A stretch of 29,057 bases of DNA from an uncultured bacterium (GCA_963977445.1 CAXBPH010000063.1:1-29057), one strand, 5' to 3'. Positions 9,042-17,429 are shown, counted from the stretch's first letter. Notes: generated by a model not told the origin, from the letters alone. Numbers and translations are program-made.

Positions 9042-9537
9042 CTTCTGGGGGCACGGTGGACTCCGGGCTTCGGGTCCACGCTCCAGTTTCATCCAGAAAA
9101 ATCCGTTCCCGGGTGTGTGGGTATTGGATTTCCAGCCATGGTGGGGATGTTACGCTGTCTTCGGGTGGGAGTGTTGCAACGTAGACACGGGCCTCGCCCT
9201 GCCGCTCATTTCGCTCGGTCTGAATGACATGTCCCTCTGGATTTTCAATGAGAATGGGCAGCGCCGCTTCCCAGTCTCTCCAGGGGGCTTCCAGGTGGAA
9301 GGTCAGATGGACCGTATTGCCCGAGACACGAAGATCCGTTGGATATCCATGCCACTGGGCCACGGGGCCGGCACCAATCTCCTTAATATCTTCCTGGTAG
9401 CCATTCCAGGCGGGTTGGCTGACCTCACACCGCTGCAACAGCGCGTCAGGCGAGATTTCCTGCTGGGTGGTCGTGGCGATAACTGCAACGAGGAGAAAGA
9501 AGGCCAGTCCGAAAAACGTAAGTACATATCGCGTCAT
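9034..9537 (-). CDS. Hypothetical membrane-anchored protein
   Basis: N-terminal hydrophobic helix; fills the gap between the response regulator and the WYL gene in the same orientation. Confidence 0.7.
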   Translation of the reverse strand: MTRYVLTFFGLAFFLLVAVIATTTQQEISPDALLQRCEVSQPAWNGYQEDIKEIGAGPVAQWHGYPTDLRVSGNTVHLTFHLEAPWRDWEAALPILIENPEGHVIQTERNERQGEARVYVATLPPEDSVTSPPWLEIQYPHTRERIFLDETGAWTRSPESTVPPEDE

Positions 9538-9551
9538 AGGCCACCGTAACG

Positions 9552-10487
9552 CTAGCGATCGCTACGGCGTCTGTCCACAAACGCTGTGCTTCGTCCGTCC
9601 TGGGGGTGGGCCATCTGACGCACCTGTGCCAGCACTTCAAAGACCTTTTTGGCGCTCTTGAAGTAGCGAAACTGGGTGTGGGCTATACCGACGGAGAGGG
9701 CCATCAGTTTGCAGCGGACCTCGTTTTTGTGTCGGTCGACAGCCTTGATGTACCCCTTGCTCACCTCTTCGGGGGTGTAAAGTTGCTGCACCTGGGCATC
9801 AAATTGCTCACAGAGGTTGGTGGAAAAGCGTTCGTGGTCTTCCAGTTTCAGGGAAATAACAAAATGCTCTCCCCCCATGTGAGAGACGTAACTCTCGTAG
9901 AAGCCCATGTCTCGCGTAAGGCTGACCAGAAGACGGGCCATGAATTCGAGGGCTTTTTGTTGTCCGTCGGCCCCGCGGTTGGCGCAATAGGCTTTGTAGC
10001 CGATCATATCGATATACACGACGGCGATGGCAGAGTCCCGGGCCAGCAGGTGATTGATTTCCCGCTTAATCGAATCGGTGCCGGGAAGATTGGTGACCCG
10101 GTTGCGGTTTACCAGCGAGGAGGTCAATGCGTTCAAGGACGCAATTTTGTCCATAAGACGTTCAAGCTTGAAGGGTTTAACGAGGTAGTCGTCTGCCCCT
10201 TGCTCCAGGCCATGTAGGATCTCGGGCTCTTCGCCCAGCGCGGTCAACACGAGAATGGCGTGCTTGTAGAGTTCCGGGTCCTTACGCATTCGGCGACAGA
10301 TTTGGTATCCGGTAACGCCAGGAAGCATAATATCGAGGATGGAGATATCGGGCTTGACTTTTTTTGCGAATTCGAAGGCCCCTTCGCCCGTATTGATGAC
10401 GTGGGTATCGTGTCCCTCGGCGTTCAGTTTCGTTTTTATAAGCTCGGAGAGATCGACATCGTCGTCTACCAGTAGAATTCTACTCAT
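9552..10487 (-). CDS. Response regulator (REC) fused to a degenerate GGDEF domain
   Basis: REC: ILLVDDD, LDIMLP (phosphoacceptor Asp), LTA, GADDYLVKPF. C-terminal domain has TNLPG, YIDMIGYKAY, HMGGEHF (GGDEF position) and LSVGIA. Confidence 0.88.
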   Translation of the reverse strand: MSRILLVDDDVDLSELIKTKLNAEGHDTHVINTGEGAFEFAKKVKPDISILDIMLPGVTGYQICRRMRKDPELYKHAILVLTALGEEPEILHGLEQGADDYLVKPFKLERLMDKIASLNALTSSLVNRNRVTNLPGTDSIKREINHLLARDSAIAVVYIDMIGYKAYCANRGADGQQKALEFMARLLVSLTRDMGFYESYVSHMGGEHFVISLKLEDHERFSTNLCEQFDAQVQQLYTPEEVSKGYIKAVDRHKNEVRCKLMALSVGIAHTQFRYFKSAKKVFEVLAQVRQMAHPQDGRSTAFVDRRRSDR

Positions 10488-10549
10488 TCATCCAATCCTG
10501 TAGGTTGATCTGCCCTCACGAGCAACACATTAGTAAACATTATACAAAA

Positions 10550-10611
10550 TGGGTACCCAAATGGCGAACTGAGGGCGAAAGCACCTTCGATGCGCCATAA
10601 TGGTACCATTA
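10550..10611. promoter_or_regulatory. Two GGTACC-centred palindromes in an AT-rich divergent intergenic region (candidate operators)
   Basis: TGGGTACCCA (10550-10559) and TAATGGTACCATTA (10598-10611); centres 50 bp apart. Confidence 0.4.
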
Positions 10612-10707
10612 ATTTTGCGCATTACGCTTTTTTACGGAATGATGATTGTAAGATTGCGGAAACCTGTGGTAATATTTTGGTAACTCACACATAACAGGAG
10701 CCCCAAT

Positions 10708-11385
10708 ATGCGATATTTATACGGTTTGTCCGTTTTTCTGCTGGTCTGCCTTGCCGGTTGTAAGAAATCAGAACCAGAACCCGAAGCCCCCGCGCCACCA
10801 CCACCCTTGACGGCGGATGAAATCTACCGGGACTATAAGGCCGCATTGGATCCCCTGTTTGGTGCCGCTGCCCCCACAGCGAACTTTGGCTATGGTGCTA
10901 AAGCCCCGATTCTTGCCCAGTTCAAGACGGTGCGTGGGCAGATGGCCCCCGAGATTAATGAACCCGAAGCGAAAGACCGCATCGAGAAACAGGTTGCGGA
11001 TTACATCAAGACGGCAAAACGCTCAGAGCAGTGGTATACCATTGACGCCTTGCTTGATGTGTACAAAATTCTCCGCCCGGATAGCCAAGCCAATACCAGC
11101 CTTCGCAAGCGGACCGATCTGATGATGGCGCGCCCGGAGATTAAGTGCACCGGTTTCGCCACGATTGATACCGATGATCTGATGGCCTTCCTGGAGATCA
11201 CCAATCCAACCACCCGTGAAGTAGAAACCTTTCGTATTCGCGAGGGCGAAGAGTTCTATCCCGATGCGGAAGGCAAAAGCACCCTGAAAATGATCAAGGT
11301 TGTGGGAGCCCAATCTGCGGTTGAAATGGAATACCTGGCCCTTCCCGGTGAGACCTGGGAAATTCCTGGACCCAAGAACAGCTGA
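10708..11385 (+). CDS. Hypothetical lipoprotein with Pro-rich linker
   Basis: AGGAG SD; lipobox LAG-C followed by KKSEPEPEAPAPPPP. Confidence 0.85.
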   Translation: MRYLYGLSVFLLVCLAGCKKSEPEPEAPAPPPPLTADEIYRDYKAALDPLFGAAAPTANFGYGAKAPILAQFKTVRGQMAPEINEPEAKDRIEKQVADYIKTAKRSEQWYTIDALLDVYKILRPDSQANTSLRKRTDLMMARPEIKCTGFATIDTDDLMAFLEITNPTTREVETFRIREGEEFYPDAEGKSTLKMIKVVGAQSAVEMEYLALPGETWEIPGPKNS

Positions 11386-11442
11386 GTCCAGGGGCATCGC
11401 ACCGTCCCGAATTGGTGCGTAAGTGTTCATGAATGCTATTTC

Positions 11443-11475
11443 AGGCTGGAGTCCTTCGGGATTCCAGCCTTTTTT
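11443..11475 (+). terminator. Intrinsic terminator
   Basis: 12-bp stem AGGCTGGAGTCC / GGATTCCAGCCT with a cTTCGg tetraloop, followed by a T tract. Confidence 0.9.
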
Positions 11476-11576
11476 CTTGAATAATACCCCCGGTCAATCG
11501 TACCCTTGCTTTGTCGTTCTAATCATAGATTCCGAGTTGTCGCTTTATCGAGCGACTGCTTGGATACGAGGTATAC

Positions 11577-13268
11577 ATGAGCAAGAGACAATTTGCTGCC
11601 GTCGTTGTCGTGGCGACGACGTTATTGGGATTTATGGCCTATGCCAACACCTTTGTGGGCGATTGGGTATGGGACGACGTCTCCTCCGTGCTGCTCCATG
11701 AGCATGTACAGCAGCCGTCCCAGTTTTTCCAGTTATTTAAGGAAGATCAACATAAATTTGGCCGCGGGCAGGGGAATTTTTATCGGCCCCTGGTTTCTGC
11801 CAGTTTCATGCTGGATTTCTGGCTTTCCTATGATCCCGTGCTGGATGACGCGGCGCTGAAGGGCTATCCCGACGTCAAGCCCCTTCTCTTTCACCTGAGC
11901 AACACCCTGTGGCATGTCGCAGCGGCCCTGTTACTCTTTTTTCTGCTGGTACGGATCCAGGCACCCCGCATGATTCAGGCGGTGACGCCCATGCTCTTTG
12001 TGCTTCATCCCATGCACACCGAGGCGGTCGCCTATATCAGTGGACGTGCCGATATGATGTCGGCCACCTTTGTGTTGGCGGCCCTCCTCTGTGCGACCAC
12101 CGATGACCCACGCCGCAAATGGCTTTCTGCCGGTGTCAGCGCCTTTTTCTTTATATTGGGTTTGTGCAGTAAAGAGTCGACGATGATTTACCCGATTTTA
12201 CTCGGCCTCATGATTCTGCTGCGTCCACAGCCCGATGGCAGTGTGGCGACACGGGCCGTCTGGAAAGCACGGAGCCTGCCCTTGATAACTGGTGGTGGTG
12301 TTCTTGTGCTTTACGGTGTTCTTCGCTCCAGCGTGCTGAAGTTCAGCGAGGGAGGCGCGTCGTCGGGCGCAGGTTTGGGCACCCGACTGGTGGAAACCTG
12401 TCAGGCCTTTGCCTTTTATGTGAAGACCCTCTTTGTTCCGAGCGATCTGCATATGGAACAGACGCTGGCGGGTACACCTATATGGTCGGCGCTTATTGGC
12501 CTTATTTTCCTGGCGACGGTCCTCGTTATCCTCGTGGTCACGGTTAAGCGTGGCTATCCCCGGGTGGCGTTGGGTTTTGCCTGGTTTCTTGCGGCCTGGT
12601 TGCCCATTTCCGGGATTTTCCCCTTGAATGCCCCTATGGCGGAGCACTGGATGTATGTGCCTATGGCGGGGTTCTGGTGGGCACTGCTGGAGCTTATGCT
12701 CATGCTCTCCAAACGCTTGGGTATGCGTCTTCTTGTGCCCGTCCTTACAACCGTCCTTGCGCTTATCTTCATGTATGGGACGGTGCAGCGAAACCGGGAC
12801 TGGCGGAATAACGTATCTATATTTCGTGCCACGCTGGCAGAGAACCCCGATACCTTGCGTGTCCACAGTAATCTGGCGACGACCTACGACTATCTTGAAG
12901 ACAACCTGCCGGGGGCCCGTCGCCACTATGAGGCCGTTCTGGCGCGCTACAGCGAAATAAATGAAGGCACGATACTACCCGAAGAGATTCCGATCCGTCT
13001 TTCCCTTGCCAAGGTGCTGTTGCGACAGGGAAACTATCAGGAAGCCCTGCAGTTCTATGGTCCCATGATGCAATTGCAGCAGCAGGCGGAATATAAGGAT
13101 AGTGCTGTCGAAGCGACTATGGGTGTGGGTCAATGTTATCTGGCTCTGGGCGACTATCGAAGTGCTTCGCAGGTAATTCAGCAAGCCGTCGCCCTGGACC
13201 CCGCCGTGGCCGATGTTGCCGGTGATTTGCTTCGCGGCAAGCCCTTGCCTTCCGTACTTCGTCGGTAA
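11577..13268 (+). CDS. TMTC-like polytopic membrane protein with C-terminal TPRs (putative protein O-mannosyltransferase)
   Basis: WVWDD, FYRPL, LFVLHPMHTEAVAYISGRAD, SKES, AEHWMYVP and RNRDWRN motifs; TPR-like tail; GAGG SD. Confidence 0.85.
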   Translation: MSKRQFAAVVVVATTLLGFMAYANTFVGDWVWDDVSSVLLHEHVQQPSQFFQLFKEDQHKFGRGQGNFYRPLVSASFMLDFWLSYDPVLDDAALKGYPDVKPLLFHLSNTLWHVAAALLLFFLLVRIQAPRMIQAVTPMLFVLHPMHTEAVAYISGRADMMSATFVLAALLCATTDDPRRKWLSAGVSAFFFILGLCSKESTMIYPILLGLMILLRPQPDGSVATRAVWKARSLPLITGGGVLVLYGVLRSSVLKFSEGGASSGAGLGTRLVETCQAFAFYVKTLFVPSDLHMEQTLAGTPIWSALIGLIFLATVLVILVVTVKRGYPRVALGFAWFLAAWLPISGIFPLNAPMAEHWMYVPMAGFWWALLELMLMLSKRLGMRLLVPVLTTVLALIFMYGTVQRNRDWRNNVSIFRATLAENPDTLRVHSNLATTYDYLEDNLPGARRHYEAVLARYSEINEGTILPEEIPIRLSLAKVLLRQGNYQEALQFYGPMMQLQQQAEYKDSAVEATMGVGQCYLALGDYRSASQVIQQAVALDPAVADVAGDLLRGKPLPSVLRR

Positions 13269-13312
13269 CGAAGATATATGACACGGGGTGACCCGAAAAG
13301 AAAGCCAATGTA

Positions 13313-13729
13313 ATGCTCAATCAAAGGTTGATTCATCCGACTATTCTGGAAGCCATCGGCTCGGCAGGTCACAGTTCACGTATATTGATTGCCGACGGGA
13401 ACTATCCGGCGAGCACGAAGCTGGGGGAAAACAGCGACTTAGTCTATCTGAACCTGACCCCGGGGTTTCCTACCGTGACGCAGGTATTGGACGTATTGCT
13501 CACAGCGGTCCCCGTTGAGGCGGCCATGGTCATGGTGCCAGACGATGGATCGGAGCCGCCCATATTCGGCGAGTTTCGAGAGTTTCTTGGTGCCGTTCCC
13601 CTTACGCCCAGTGAACGCTTTAATTTTTATGACGAAGCAGGGAGTATGGATACGTGTTTGACGATTGTAACCGGTGAGCAGCGAATTTATGCGAACCTAC
13701 TTCTTACCATCGGCGTTCGCACGGGCTGA
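13313..13729 (+). CDS. RbsD/FucU family sugar pyranase/mutarotase
   Basis: HPTILEAI..AGHSSRILIADGNYP, ERFNFY and TGEQRIYANLLLTIGV motifs. Confidence 0.9.
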   Translation: MLNQRLIHPTILEAIGSAGHSSRILIADGNYPASTKLGENSDLVYLNLTPGFPTVTQVLDVLLTAVPVEAAMVMVPDDGSEPPIFGEFREFLGAVPLTPSERFNFYDEAGSMDTCLTIVTGEQRIYANLLLTIGVRTG

Positions 13730-13877
13730 ACCCGTTGGAACCCGTTGAAATCGCAGAATTAGAACTTGACTGCCCGGATGACCGGGGAACGGACGCATAA
13801 ATTATAACTCCCATTTGTGCTTATATTTAGTGCAGGTGGAGGTTATAAAAAAAAACGGGAATGGCATGGGAGTTTTC

Positions 13878-13906
13878 TTGACACCTTGCCCAACCCGTGC
13901 TAGAAT
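13878..13906 (+). promoter_or_regulatory. Near-consensus sigma70 promoter
   Basis: TTGACA (13878-13883), 17-bp spacer, TGn-extended TAGAAT (13901-13906); an A-tract upstream could be an UP element. Confidence 0.8.
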
Positions 13907-13971
13907 GCCTCAGTTTGATACGCACCGGCGTAGTACAGTTATGTTTAAACGAGTTACGGAGATTGGCTTCC

Positions 13972-15705
13972 ATGGCTGACGACAAAAATAACCCCGAAGA
14001 TAACCTGGATACCCCTGGCGATTCCGGTCTGGGCAATCTTCCGCCCTTGAGTGATTTTGATTCGGGAGGTATGGATTCTGATGGTGGATTGCCACCATTA
14101 GGCAACTTTGACTCCGGTGGAACGCCCTCAGATTCCGCTGGTCTCCCCCCGATCAGCGACATTCAGGTGGAAACGCCCCAGCCGACGGGTGGTAACGTCA
14201 AGCCAAAGCCTTCTGGCTTTGACAGTGCCGTGACCGACACCTTCTCGAGCGGCACGCCCGGCATTGATACCCCCGCTGGCCACACGCCAAGCGAAGGTAT
14301 GAGCCCGGTCGGTTCTGGTTTCCAGGATCTGGCCGCAGACAGTGATTTTTCGCCTGAGACCCCCGAAATTGGTCCTGGTCCGGATTCCAATGTCGATACC
14401 CCCATGTTTGACAGCGCCTTTGGCGGTGGCAGTGGTTCCGGTTTCGGCAGCAGCACGGGTGCCCCCACCCAGGCCATGGAAACCCCCATGTTTGGCCAGG
14501 CCGGTGGTGATCAGCAGGGCTTTGCGCCCGGCGCCTTTGGTGGCGGCGGTGGAACGCCTGACTTTAATATGGGTACGCCCGCCCCCGACTTCTCCCCCGA
14601 TACAGACATGCGTGCGCCTATGGGCCGCATGCCCGCTGCTTCTGAGCCCGGCGGTGGTAAAGGTGGCAGCCCGCTCGCCCTCATCATCGCAGCAGTCATT
14701 GCGTTGATTGTTGGTATCGGTGCGGGTCCGTATATTTCCGGTATGGTGCCCTTCCTGCCCAATCCTATGAAAGCAGAGCTGGAAACAGTCAAAAGTGAAG
14801 CCGACCTGCTACAAGCAGAGAACGCCAGACAGAAGGCCGAAATTGCCCGAATTGCGACTTCTGCTCCCGATGGTATTAAGGTCTCTAAGGAAGAAGAGAC
14901 CCGCCTGCGTGAATCGGTCTTGAAGCTTACGGAAGATTTGGCTGTTTCTCAGGCAAAGATGGAAGAAGTTTCCGGTGACCTTGCTACCCGTGAATCTGAG
15001 CTCGCGACACTGAATACAGATTTCGTGGCCCGCTCGGATGAATACGAAGTGCTGAAGAATGAAACCTCTATCACCACAGCCCGTCGCAATGGCCTGAAAG
15101 TGGAAGTGGATCGTTTGACCAGCCAGGTTGGCGGTTTGGAAGAAGCTGACGTACGTCGCGCAGCGACCAAGGATGCCTTGGCCCATGCGGTTGACCGTCT
15201 ATTCATCCAGGTGAAAGAGGGCCTGCCCCTTACCCCGGAAAAATATGACCGCAACGCCCGCGTTGCTGCGGTGGAAACCTTGCGTGAGCAGTTGTCCGGT
15301 AGCAAATGGGTAACGCCTGCCTTGCAGGATGCCTACACCGACCTCTACCTCAAAGAGCTGGCCATCGCGCAGTCGCAGGAATACTTCTACAGCAAGATTC
15401 CTGTTGTCGACAGCTACGGCTCCCGCGTTCACAAGTGGGCCGAGTGTCTGATGAATGGTAACAACAGCGTGAACTATCGCACCTTCGACGGTAAGAACAT
15501 CGGCGTATTCAGTAACATGGGTACGGGCGAAGATACGGCTTGGGGCTTCATGGAAGACCTCAGCCCCAGTGCCAAGAAGGAAATTGAAGACAAAATCGTA
15601 GCGAACCGTGTAGACGGATTCGAAGAAAAGGTGCAGGCTTTGGCCGAGCGTCAGATTTCTCTCGAAGACGAAACCGGAATGCAGCGGGCCTTCAGTTCCC
15701 TGTAA
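13972..15705 (+). CDS. Hypothetical bitopic protein: acidic Gly/Pro/Ser low-complexity N-terminus, TM helix, coiled coil, globular C-terminus
   Basis: ATG 13972 follows GGAGA and lies downstream of the promoter (the ORF-track start at 13897 is inside the promoter). TM segment LALIIAAVIALIVGIGAG; heptad-rich region follows. Confidence 0.85.
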   Translation: MADDKNNPEDNLDTPGDSGLGNLPPLSDFDSGGMDSDGGLPPLGNFDSGGTPSDSAGLPPISDIQVETPQPTGGNVKPKPSGFDSAVTDTFSSGTPGIDTPAGHTPSEGMSPVGSGFQDLAADSDFSPETPEIGPGPDSNVDTPMFDSAFGGGSGSGFGSSTGAPTQAMETPMFGQAGGDQQGFAPGAFGGGGGTPDFNMGTPAPDFSPDTDMRAPMGRMPAASEPGGGKGGSPLALIIAAVIALIVGIGAGPYISGMVPFLPNPMKAELETVKSEADLLQAENARQKAEIARIATSAPDGIKVSKEEETRLRESVLKLTEDLAVSQAKMEEVSGDLATRESELATLNTDFVARSDEYEVLKNETSITTARRNGLKVEVDRLTSQVGGLEEADVRRAATKDALAHAVDRLFIQVKEGLPLTPEKYDRNARVAAVETLREQLSGSKWVTPALQDAYTDLYLKELAIAQSQEYFYSKIPVVDSYGSRVHKWAECLMNGNNSVNYRTFDGKNIGVFSNMGTGEDTAWGFMEDLSPSAKKEIEDKIVANRVDGFEEKVQALAERQISLEDETGMQRAFSSL

Positions 15706-15726
15706 GTACTCCTTAGATAGCGTATT

Positions 15727-15766
15727 AAACCGCGACGTGGCGTTGGCCAGGTCGCGGTTTTTCTTT
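15727..15766 (+). terminator. Intrinsic terminator
   Basis: AAACCGCGAC / GTCGCGGTTT outer stem plus TGGC / GCCA inner stem, followed by a T-rich tract. Confidence 0.85.
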
Positions 15767-15800
15767 GCCCCCCCGGTTACCCTGATTTACCCCAGTGCCC

Positions 15801-16245
15801 TGTCTGCCTGGTGGGGTTCGTCTCACCGGTCCGATTTCTAAATCATAGTTAATCCACCGGCTCTGCCGGTGGTTGCTGATTAAGCGAAGATTCAACTCGG
15901 ACATTTTCCAAGACATTCGGATGCCAGCTTCGAATACGGGAGCTTGGGAGCGCAGGCGGCTCGCCTGCATTGCGTCGAAGACGCAAAAATAACGTGCCTT
16001 CGGCCCGGGGCAGGCGGGCCGCCCACCTTAGGCGCGTCCAAGACCTGCGCTCCCAATTGTCAAAGGCTGTTTTAAACGATAGAAGCCCAGCCGCTGATAC
16101 GTTGACTTTTTTTGTAGACATGTACGCACGTTGCCTAAACTAACGAGCTGGATTTGATCGAGGTCTACCTTCGCTTATTTAGCCGGCTTGGTCTCCCCCA
16201 GTTCTTTGTCTGCCTGGTGGGGTTCGTCTCACCGGTCCGATTTCT
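15801..16245. repeat. Pair of identical 39-bp direct repeats 406 bp apart (15801-15839, 16207-16245)
   Basis: TGTCTGCCTGGTGGGGTTCGTCTCACCGGTCCGATTTCT occurs twice; extends to 50 bp with 3 mismatches; each copy folds as CTGGTGGGG-TTCG-TCTCACCGG. Confidence 0.95.
15944..16056. mobile_element. REP-doublet (REPIN) or MITE-like non-autonomous element, 113 bp
   Basis: 13-bp terminal inverted repeats TTGGGAGCGCAGG / CCTGCGCTCCCAA; GGAG followed by hairpin GCAGGCG-GCT-CGCCTGC; internal hairpin TTGCGTC-GAA-GACGCAA. Confidence 0.7.
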
Positions 16246-17026
16246 GGCGTACTTCTTCCGGGTATCCTGCGAGATAATACACAGGTGCTGAGGTCGAGGG
16301 CGTCTGGCCTGTCTCCCAGGTGTAGGTATCACCGTTTTCCAGCGAATCAATCATCCCACGAAGTTCGTTTTCGTTATAGGTTCGTAATACGGAGGCGATG
16401 CCATCCCACCAGACAACGACCGGGAGAATAGGGATGATATAGGTGAAGAAAAGGCGCCCGCCACGGAAGGGTCGTATGAAGGGTGTCGCCAGCAGGACGG
16501 CGATTGGGGAAAAGAAATTCTTCATCAAGTCTTTTGGGCTGCGACGCTGTATTTCCACGATGACGATCGGTGCCCGTGCGTCTACTGCGTTCTGCAATAT
16601 GGCAGTCGCATGTTTCGGTCTGAAGTGATGGAACGAAAGAAATTGGGTCCGAAGTCCGACGAGGTCATGGGGAATATGCTGAGCATCGATGGGGGTGTCT
16701 ATGGACCTGATGATGCCACGGCTCTCACCCGAAATTGCGGCGAAGGCAACATGATTCGGGTATAAGTCTGTCAATACAATCCGTAGTGCGGGCTCTTTTT
16801 TCTTCAGCTGCTGCGCAAGACGTTGCCACCCCCCACCGCCACCCGAGGCGATGTCAACGATTTGTGTGGTCTTGGAGGCGTGCAATCCACGAAGTAACAC
16901 GGGGGTGAGATCTTCATAGGTATAAAAATTATGGACCATAAACTGCAAGAAATCGGTGACGTAGTCGCGCATGGTGGTGGGAAAGCAGCGAAAGTCTTCA
17001 AACTCAAATAATTGCATTCGATTCAT
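16229..17026 (-). CDS. Class I SAM-dependent methyltransferase family protein (start probably 17026)
   Basis: RMQLFEFED N-terminus, IVDIASGGGG (SAM motif I), LTDLYPN, IDAQ, SFHHF, WDGIASVLRTY. Confidence 0.85.
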   Translation of the reverse strand: MNRMQLFEFEDFRCFPTTMRDYVTDFLQFMVHNFYTYEDLTPVLLRGLHASKTTQIVDIASGGGGGWQRLAQQLKKKEPALRIVLTDLYPNHVAFAAISGESRGIIRSIDTPIDAQHIPHDLVGLRTQFLSFHHFRPKHATAILQNAVDARAPIVIVEIQRRSPKDLMKNFFSPIAVLLATPFIRPFRGGRLFFTYIIPILPVVVWWDGIASVLRTYNENELRGMIDSLENGDTYTWETGQTPSTSAPVYYLAGYPEEVRQKSDR

Positions 17027-17298
17027 CGGCAAGACCCTGAAGTGTTTAAATGGCATCGGAACATACACATCGCTTCAGGGTATCGAATTCCGCCTTGTCC
17101 TTGCCAGCCTTTTGTGTTTCGGGAGAGTTTTCGGTGGTTAGTATGGGGCTGGCACAGCATTGATGAAATGGGAGGGTTCATACTGGTACCATAGCAGCAA
17201 TTCAGAACGGGCGCGCAGTCCTGTTTCGATAAGTGATCGCCCGATGGTGGCGGACGTGACGTATTTTGCTGAAAACTCAAAAGGAGCTATGTTTCGCT

Positions 17299-17406
17299 AT
17301 GTCGGTACTTGACCAGATTCTGAATTTCATTGCCCAGATTAATCCTTTCTTAGACCTCTTTAATGCCCTTCTGCTCTTTCTTGGATTCTTTGGCATTAAT
17401 ATCTAA
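17299..17406 (+). CDS. Unannotated 35-aa amphipathic/hydrophobic small protein MSVLDQILNFIAQINPFLDLFNALLLFLGFFGINI
   Basis: Translated by hand. AAGGAG at 17281-17286 (12-nt spacing); TAA at 17404-17406; strong terminator starts about 23 nt later; 40/108 GC. Confidence 0.7.
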   Translation: MSVLDQILNFIAQINPFLDLFNALLLFLGFFGINI

Positions 17407-17429
17407 TCCCTGAATTTAGACGTATTTTG

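Noticed and set aside
13729..13750. Short tandem AACCCGTTG(G/A) repeat after RbsD/FucU
   Set aside because: Two 10-bp units could easily arise by chance or slippage; no supporting context.
15849..16121. 90-aa minus-strand ORF (also 15725-15970) between the direct repeats
   Set aside because: Reads through REP-like palindromes, has no SD and no recognisable motif.
17150..17165. TGGCAC...TTG as a sigma54 promoter
   Set aside because: The GG-N10-GC spacing is not met (TTG is one base early and is followed by A).
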